This document shows, piece after piece, positions 55,395-64,000 of a stretch of DNA of 64,000 bases. A program made the translations under genes and the position numbers. This DNA is from Malacoraja senta. Lineage: Eukaryota. The stretch is taken from positions 1 to 64,000 of the forward strand of contig JAXLNO010006027.1 of the NCBI GenBank assembly GCA_038087875.1, given 5' to 3'. Under the pieces are notes generated by a model. It did no database searches, had not been told where the DNA came from, and worked only from the letters and a program-made list of their open reading frames with translations. Position 1 is the stretch's first letter. Each line of letters opens with the position of its first letter.

Positions 55395-56083
55395 TTGAAA
55401 GTAAGCATGCAGGTACAGTAGGCAGTGAAGAAAGCAAATGGCATGTTGGCCTTCATAACAAGATGAGTTGAGTACAGGAGCAAAGAGGTCCTTCTGCAGT
55501 TATACAGGGCCCTAGTGAGACCACACCTGGAGTATTGTTTGCTGTTTGGTCTCCCAACTTGAGGAAGGACATTCTTGCTATTGAGGGAGTGCAGCGTAGG
55601 TTCACAAGGTTAATTCCTGGGGTGGCGGGACTGTCACATGTTGATAGAATGGAGCAGTTGGGCTTGTATACTCTGGAATTTAGAAGGATGAGAGGGTATC
55701 TTATTGAAACATATAAGATTATTAAGGGTTTGGACATGCCAGAGGCAAGAAACGTGTTCCTGATGTTGGGGGAGTCGAGAACCGGGGGCCACAGTTTAAG
55801 AATAAAGAGTAACCCATTTAGAATGGAGATGAGGAAAAACTTTTTCACACAGAGATTTGTGAGTCTGTGGAATTCTCTGCCTCAGAGGGCGGTGGAGGCT
55901 GGTTCTCTGGATGCTTTCAAGAGAGAGCTAGACAGAGTTCTTAAAGATAACAGAGTCAAGGGATATGGGGAGAAGGCAGGAACAGGGTACTGATTGGGGA
56001 TGATCAGCCATGATCACATTGAATGGCGGTGCTGGCCCGAGGGGCCAAATGGCCTACTCCTGCACCTATTGTTTATTGTCTAT
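55395..56083 (+). mobile_element. CR1 LINE 3' part, same family as 1567-3372
   Basis: WSPNLRKDILAIEGVQRRFTRLIPG...GYGEKAGTGY*, with ctattgt-type tail. Confidence 0.93.
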
Positions 56084-57674
56084 TTGGTTCAGATAATCTA
56101 TACACATTATACCAACTGTGATGGGGGTGACAAATTATTTCCAAATGTTTGAAAGTCCAGAGCAGATTTTGAAATCAAATTCTTCATTCCTTAATATGAA
56201 ATAAATATTTGTTTCTGTTTAAAGCGCTAAAACATTTGTCTTGTTGAAATCAAAATACAGTAGGATTATTTTCTACTCCTGCAGCACAATCTGCCTGATA
56301 ACAAAACATCTCAGATGTCCCATATTAGTTCTCATGAAGTCTCAACATACCCCATCCAACATCAAAGATGACCACCATTAATATAACTCCAACCTTCAAT
56401 ACTAAATCCATACAACTATGCCAAATATGCAAAGGTCTACTCTTTCCCTACAAATGTAGACACATTAGCAAAAACTGCTGGTGTGAATATTATCTGAACA
56501 TTAACATGAGTGCAGCTACAATAAAATGAAGCTTTGACCTTTAACAACCAAAAGTGAAAATTATACCTTCCAACCATGTTTAAAATGAATATATAAGGCC
56601 AAAGGTCATCTGAACAAAGATGGCAAAGAGAAACAATTCAAGCATTGTAAATGCTTTCCTGTACATGTGGGTACATGTGAACAGATAATACATGTTAGTG
56701 TGGGTAGGGCCCAAAAATAACCCTCACATTGTGAACCAACATGTTTTATAATATTCTTGCAACCTCTGTGTGCTTTCAGCAATAGTTCCAGTGAAGATGT
56801 TTCAGTTTCTTCAAGTTGTAAAATATTGTGGAGACTCTGTTTATACACATCACAGTATTTCTACTCCATGCCTGGGCTTTTCAAAACATCTAATTCACAA
56901 TCTCTATTAAGCTTTCAACTGATGATTGACATTAACAGAAATTGGAGAATGTCCACATCTGCAGTGAAATTCACCGTTTACTTCTATCAATTTTCTTTAT
57001 AGGGACTGCACATAAAGTGTTATAATTTGCACGCTAAATTAGCAAAATGACTCACATTTTGTCCAAAATCTTTAAAACTATTATAGGTTGATGCTCCTAA
57101 TGATACTAATTGATATTTTTCAATTACAGACCTCCTTCGCTCTACCCACACAACTAAACCACATGTGTCACAACTTGTATCATTATCCTTGGACTTGGAG
57201 AATCAATAACATAATTTTACATTTCTCACTTGTCATATTCCAATTTGTACAATTCCTTCATGTTCTTTGCAAATTTCTCCATTCACATCCTCCTCCTATT
57301 CTGACCTTTTGATGATCCTTAAATCTAATTGTTGTTAGGTTTTGTCAAGCCTTCAGCAGCCATAACCTCTTGTTTTGTAAATCCTTCCCCATATATATAT
57401 GTTTCCCTAACTCTCTTCTCTTCTTTCGGTCACTCATTAAAATGTGTTCATTAGATGTAGTTTGATTGTCTGTCTAAAAACCATCTGGTGTAGTTTGGAG
57501 ATGTTTTGTTCAGTAACAATTTTCTGTAGTACAAAGAAGACACATAATAATGCTGCTACAGAGCTTTATCGACACTGACAGTATTGAGATTCATGTTAAA
57601 ATGACTTTCGCTAGCATAATGCAAAAACTAATTACTTTGAATCCATTTTCCAAAGCTAATTGTAGAGACAATGT

Positions 57675-57885
57675 ACTGCAGATGCTGGTTTACAAAAAAG
57701 GACTAAAAGTGTTGGAGTAACTCAACGCGTCAGGCAGCATCTCTAGAGAACATGGATATGTGACGTTTCGGGTCGAGATCCTTCCCAGACTCAAGTCTGG
57801 CAAAAGGTCGTGACCTGAAACATAACGTGTCCATGTTCTCCAGAGATGCTGCCTGACCCGTTGGATTACTACAACACTTTATGCC
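57675..57885. repeat. Palindromic dimer of the Penelope-derived repeat
   Basis: Arms gtcaggcagcatctct..agaacatgga / tccatgttctccagagatgctgcctgac, centred on cagactcaagtctg. Confidence 0.8.
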
Positions 57886-58913
57886 CTTTTTCTCTTCTTT
57901 CTTACCTTGCTGTGCTTTCACTATTTGTTTTTTCCTTAAAATATTTAATGGCTTCACTCTCAAAGGTCTACGGCAGATGCCATCTTTCTAGCCCGGGAAC
58001 ATTTGGATAACAAGAACAACTAGTCAGACTCCTATTCATCGACTACAGCTCTGCTTCCAATACCATAATTCCAACCAAGAAAATCTCCAAATTGTGTAGA
58101 AAGGAACTGCAGATTTTGGTTTACACCAAAGATAGGCATAAAATGCTGGAGTAATTGAGCTGGTCAGGCAGTATCTCTGGAGAAAAGGAATAGGTGATGC
58201 TTCAGGTCATGACCCTTCTTCAGACTGAAAGTGATAAATATCTTGTTCTCAGTCTGAAGAATGATCTCGACCCAAAACTTCACCTATTCCTTTTCTCCAG
58301 AGATGCTGCCTGATCCATTGAGTATTCTCCAAACTCGAGGACTGAAGATTCGGCAACCCCCACTGGATCCTTGACTGCTCACCCGTAAACTGTAATTAAT
58401 AACGATAGATGGCAATACATCCTCCACAATCATTTTCACAGTGGCACCCAAGATGGCTGCTATTTCAGCCCCTTATTATACTATGTATACACTCGACATT
58501 GTGCGGCCAAATTCTGCTCTTGCTTCTTTTATGAGTTTGCAGGTGACATCACCATAGCAGGCTGAATCTCAAACAATGAAGAGATGAAGTACAGGGAGGA
58601 CATAGAGACTTTAGTAACATGGTGTGAAGACAACAACCTCTCCCTCATTGTCAGCAAGACATTATCTTCAGATGAAATGCATGCCCAAATCTACATAGAC
58701 ACAAAATGCTGGAGTAACTCAGTGGGACAGGCAGCATCTCTGGAGAGAAGGAATGGGTGACGTTTCGGGTTGAGACCCTTCTTCAGACCCCTATCCACAT
58801 TGATGGTGCTGAAGTGGTGATGGTCAATAGCTTGAAGATCCTTGGTGTAAATATCATCAACAATGTCATGGTCCAATCACATTGGTACTACTGCCAAGAA
58901 AACACACCAATGC

Positions 58914-59546
58914 CAATAGACAATAGACAATAGACGATAGGTGCAGAAGTAGGCCATTCGGCCCTTTGAGCCAGCACCGCCATTCAATATGATCATGGCT
59001 GACCATCCACAATCAGTACCCCGTTCCTGCCTTCTCGCCATATCCCCTGACTCCACTATCTTTATGAGCGCTATCTAACTCTCTCTTGAAAGCATCCAGA
59101 GAATTGGCCTCCACTGCCTTCTGAGGCAGAGAATTCCACAGATTCACAACTCTCTGGGTGAAAAGGTTTCTCCGCATCTCCGTTCTAAATGGCCTACCCC
59201 TAATTCTTAAACTGTAGCCCCTGGTTCTGGATTCCCACAACATCGGGAACATATTTCCTGCCTTTAGCATGTCCAATCCCATAATAATCATATAGTTTTA
59301 AATAATCCTTCTAAACTCCAGAGTATACAAGCCCAGCCGCTCCATTCTATCAACATATGACAGTCCCGCCATCCCGGGAGTTAACCTTGTGAACCTATGA
59401 TGCACTCCCTCAATAGAAAGAATGTCCTTCTTCAAATTTGGAGACCAAAACTGCACACAATACTCCAGGTGTGGTCTCACTAGGGCACTGTACAACTACA
59501 GAAGGCCTTCTTTGCTCCTATACTCAACTTCTTGTTATGAAGGCCA
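58914..59546 (-). mobile_element. CR1 LINE, 5'-truncated, inserted into the Rex1-like LINE
   Basis: YSALVRPHLEYCVQFWSP...GYGEKAGTGY*; (CTATTGT)n tail at 58914-58935. Confidence 0.92.
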
Positions 59547-59627
59547 TTTCTGCTGTTCACGGAAACAAACCTGGAAGCAGTACAAAGAATAAAGGTGTTT
59601 TCCATTGAAAATTATACTTTTAAAAAA

Positions 59628-59651
59628 GGGTTAGGGTTAGGGTTAGGGTTA
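59628..59651 (+). repeat. Short interstitial telomeric repeat (GGGTTA)4
   Basis: gggttagggttagggttagggtta. Confidence 0.9.
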
Positions 59652-62029
59652 CTTAACTTCCTCAGAAGACTAAGGAAAATCAGCATGTCACAAATACTCT
59701 TAACAATTTTTATAGATGCACTTTAGAAAACATCTTTTCAATGTGCAGCACAGCTTGGTTTGGCAACTGCTCTGCCCAAGACCACAAGAAATTACAAGGT
59801 AGACACAAAATGCTGAAGTAACTCAGTGGGACAGAAATTACAAGGTGTTGTGGACGTAGCCCAGAAAAGAATGCAAACCAGCCTCCCAACCACGAACTCC
59901 CTTTAACTCTATCTACACTTCACACTGCTTTGGGAAAGCAGACAACATAATCAAGGACCAATCACGCTGCAGTCATGTCATCTCCCACCTCTCTTTTTAA
60001 GATAAAGATACAAAAGCTGAAAAGAGTCAAGGTTTGCTTCTTTCCCGAAGATAGACACAAAATGCTGGAGTAACTCAGCGGGACTGGCAGCACCTCTTGC
60101 GAGACCATGTCTCGAACCGAAACGTCACCCATTCCTTCTCTCCAGAGATGCTGCCTGTCTTGCTGAGTTACTCCAGCATTTTGTGTCTATCTTCGGTTTA
60201 AACCCACATCTGCAGTTCTTTCCTACACATCAACTTCTTTCCTGCTGCTTTCAGTCTATTGAACGCTAAGCTAAGGGTGTATTCCTGATCCACCTCTACC
60301 TCGCTATGACCATTGCATTTTTTAAAATCTGCTCTTTTTCCTCAGCTGCTGTACCATATTCTGCATTAGTTTTTTACTTACTCTCTTTGCACTACCTATA
60401 CACCTCTGTATGGTTTTGTTTGAAATCAGGTATGGTTGTTTTTACCTGGATTTCAGGCAATGCAAAACTTTTTACTGTATTTCGGTACATGTGGCAATAA
60501 TAAACCAATACCGATAATAATATCAATACCAAAGACTTCCTAAGAAATAATATTGCATGTTCTAAGAATCTTCTGAATAAAGAAATTTTCCACAAGCTCT
60601 CCCTGATGAATTTTACTGATTATTTCAACTGTTAAATTCTTATTAACGGTTCCCCACCAGTAGAATCCATCATTCCTATTCACTCAATAACCTCAGTCAA
60701 TTTATTTTTACCCTCCCCCAATTCAGTAAAAACAGGCCTGTTTGAGAATGTCCTTGAGAGGCCTGATTGCCTTCTGAATACTATTGAAATGTAGAAGTGG
60801 TATAGATGTACATTTGCACGGTTACTATACTGAAATGGTGGTATCATTACACCATCGTTTCTATGTGAGTTTTGCTGAGCTTCTCTCAAAATAATACACC
60901 AAGGTACCCATCCCACACTTCAATATCATGACTCCATTACAGGCATCATTATGGGGAGATCAGTATGAACATATTTTATATTTTTGATGCTGTTCCAATA
61001 GTGGGATGCACATTGTATTCTAACGGTGACCTAATAAATGTTTATTGTGAATTCATCATTGCTTCTTTATTATATTGAGGTTCTTATCACTAATCTATCT
61101 ATGCTGGCAATTACAGACAACCATGAATGGGAACTTTTAAGATTGTTTTCTCTTCTTTTAACTAACTGCATGCATTCATTTCCTGTTTATTGTCTCATTA
61201 CGTAGTGCTTCATATGTATTTATTTTAAATTTCTTCTGACATCTGTCTGCCATTCTGCTCAACATCTGTCTGCCATTCCTATCAACCAACACATCTTCCT
61301 CTGCCAGGTCTCCTACTTACGAGTTGTCAGCAAGCTCTGAATAGAGCAATAGGTCTTACCCTATTTCATTGGTGAAAATGGATGCAGTGAAGACTAGTTA
61401 CGGGATTAATCACCTCATAAACATCCAACCAGATATTCGTTGAGTGGCACTTTTAGGCATTAAGGGTGGCTGCCAAAAACAGACTATTAGCATTTTGCAT
61501 TTGCAAATGTTGAGCACCTCTTTCGGGAGTTTCCTGGGTGATATGGGTTCGCTGGGCAGATCAGCTGTGACCCCTGTTCTGCTTAATTTCTTTTGGCATG
61601 GACAAAGCTGGAAAGTGAAGCTAAGTAAGTTTTCTTCCAAAAATCTCTGCACCATAAACAAGGGAGTTCTACCAATGAGTTAGTGGTATTTAAATTCCTA
61701 ACCTCAAACAATCTCAATATTACATTGCAAACTGTAGAAAGCTTGTTGTATCAAGAAAACTTGGCATCATGTTCGGCACAGACATTGTGGGCCGAAGGGT
61801 CTGTTCCTGTGCTGTACTGTTCTATGTTCAATGTGTACAAACTACCAAAGGAGGTGTGACCTGCAAAAACAAGGAGTATTTATATAGACAGTGTCAAGAA
61901 CTAGGAATTAAATTAAAGAAAAGAGCATAAAAGATCACATTTGCTTTATCGTTATATTTACTTATGCCATAGATGCATGGATATAATAATAGGTATAGTG
62001 GGGAGAGCAATAAGGATTGCAGAAATAGA

Positions 62030-62560
62030 GTATAATAGCAAAGATGTTGTCAAGCTGGAAAGGGTGCAGAGAAGATTTATGAGGATGCTGCCAGGACCCA
62101 AGGTCCTGAGCTATAGGGAGAGGTTGAGCAGGCTAGGGCTTTATCGCTTAGAGCATAGATGATGGGTGATCTTATAGAGGTGTACAAAATCATTAGAGGA
62201 ATAGATTGGGTAAACACAGAGAATCATTTACCCAGAGTAGGGGACATGGAGAGAAAGATTTAATAATAATAATAATAGATTTTATTTATATAGCGCTTTT
62301 CAGGACTCAAAGTTTTAATAGGAACCTGAAGGGTAACATTTATACACAAAGAATGGTAGGTGTATGGAACGAGCTGCCGGAGGAGGTAGGTAATATTGCA
62401 AAGTTTATGAGACATTTGGACAGGTGTATGGATAGGATAGGAATAGAATGATATGCACCAAATGTAGGCCGGTGGGACTAGTGTAGATGGGGCATGTTGA
62501 TTGGTATGGGCAAGTTGGGCCAAAGAGCTTGTTTCTATGCTGTATGACTCTATGATTCTA
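62030..62560 (+). mobile_element. CR1 LINE 3' part
   Basis: KDVVKLERVQRRFMRMLPG and WNELPEEV; (ctatga)n tail. Confidence 0.85.
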
Positions 62561-63639
62561 ATTGGACTAGGAGCTTTAGTGGGACTAGAAGGACCAGTAT
62601 GGTTGTAGTAGACTCAGACTGGAAAAGATAACTAAGATAACGAAGAGGACACAACTTGTAAATGTATGGAGGTGGAGAGAAAACCTAGGTGGAAATATTA
62701 GAAATAATAATCAATCTAAAGAAACAAAAGAAAGTATGTTGCTTATCAGAAATGATAATTTAAGCATTAAAGGAAAATCCAAAAGACAAAGTCAGTAAAC
62801 CAACATAAATAAATTTAAACTATCTCAGCAAAAGATTAGACCAGAAGGATAGGTCAGGGATTGTGGTCCTGGGAAGTGCTTGTAACATCATCAAGACACT
62901 GCATGATGAATGATGCTGTAACAAATAATAAATAGGATGTAGAAATGTTATGAGTACGAATAGAAATGTCCACACTGTAAATTTAGTAAGTACAGAATTC
63001 CTGGCAGCAGGAATTCTGTATAAATGCAAAGATGCAGCAAAAGCAAAGCAATTTTGGAACATAATTTTGGTACAGACCAAGAACAGACCCCTCAGCGCAC
63101 AATGACTGTGTTGAACATTATGCCAAGACATTTCTTAACAACTTGCACAAAATTCACACCCCTTCATTCCCTGCATATCCCGAAGAAGTGGATGATTTTT
63201 GGTTTCTTAGTGAGTAATTATTTGTACATTACATTTGCTAACTGTAATGTAACAACATAATATAAATAATATAGACTGAAAATAGGTGTAAAATGCTGTG
63301 CGCTTGGATTCCAGTCTATATCAATTGGAAGTCAGCAAGACTATCCTGAGGGGAGAAATGCTGGAATATATGGGTCTTTCATAAATTTCCTTGCTCAAGT
63401 CAGAAATTTACTGATTAAAAAAAAACATTTAGAGCAATTTTCTGCAGGAAAATTCTGCAAATGTCCCAAATATATGTGGAAAATGAATTGTTAAGGGTAT
63501 CAAAATTAAGATGTGCTTTTACAAGTATATTAGGGAAATGATAGTGGGCCACATTGAAAATGAGCAATAATAATATTGTAGATAAAAAATACAAAAATAT
63601 TAGATGCTGAATAATTATTTTATGTTAGTATTTAAATAG

Positions 63640-64000
63640 AAGAGTTTGTAAGGGGAATGGATAGGGTAAATGCACATAATCTTTTCCCCCGAGTAGAAGA
63701 ATCAAGAACTAGTGGTCATAATGCTGATAAGGATGTTGCCAGGACTGGAGGGTGTGAGCTATGGGGAGAGGTTGAGTAGGCTGGGTCTCTATTCCATGGA
63801 GCGTAGGAGGATGAGGGGATATCTTATAGAGGTATACAAAATCATGAGAGGAATAGATCGGGTAGATGCACAGAGTCTTTTGTCCAGATTAGGGGAATCG
63901 AGGACCAGAGGGCAGAGGTTCAAGGTGAACGGGAAAATATTTAATAGGAATCAGAGGGATAACTTTTTTCACACAGAGAGTGGTGAGTGTATGGAACAAG
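63640..64000 (+). mobile_element. CR1 fragments running off the window end
   Basis: 63728-64000 is nearly identical to 16200-16460. Confidence 0.85.

Larger units (their letters stand above)
57960..60505 (+). mobile_element. Rex1/Babar-like LINE carrying at least five nested insertions
   Basis: EHLDNKN..VRLLFIDYSSA.NTIIP, G.PQ.G..SPLL, FAGDIT RT remnants; tail gtacatgtggcaataataaacc. Insertions at ~58093-58325, 58695-58788, 58914-59651, 59801-59832, 60045-60233. Confidence 0.85.

Noticed and set aside
59547-59651. Telomerase RNA gene or fragment
   Set aside because: The repeat is four full units rather than a ~1.5-unit template, and I see no pseudoknot, CR4/5 or CAB box. The weak hairpin followed by ACA (59550-59584) is insufficient without a search.
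49484-64000. Upstream TFAP2B exon (expected ...DQSVIKK-like, ~60 nt)
   Set aside because: No matching minus-strand sequence found by eye; it probably lies beyond the window. The donor-like site near 54893 gave no AP-2-like peptide.

Overview
Vertebrate genomic DNA, most likely a cartilaginous fish (skate/ray-type CR1 LINE, tRNA-SINE and Penelope repeat content). The only host gene I can support is the 3' half of TFAP2B (AP-2 beta) on the minus strand: four coding exons (49267-49483, 47924-48042, 44448-44589, 40372-40669) with canonical GT-AG junctions and consistent phases, plus a probable ~4.8-kb 3' UTR ending near 35560. The upstream exons lie beyond the window. The gene sits in a ~20-kb AT-rich but CpG-retaining, TE-poor domain. 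The flanks are dense in mobile elements. The most notable are: (1) a full-length DIRS1-type tyrosine-recombinase retrotransposon (10239-14635) with nearly perfect ITR/ICR ends, decayed ORFs and an apparent 5'-UTR intron containing a hairpin; (2) about 20 Penelope-derived short repeats carrying a minimal hammerhead-ribozyme-like motif, many as palindromic dimers; (3) a CR1 insertion whose 5' junction carries a captured poly(A)-signal fragment capped by (GGGTTA)4; (4) a CpG-rich Harbinger-like MITE with 84-bp internal repeats. Repeat boundaries are by eye and approximate unless junction bases are quoted.
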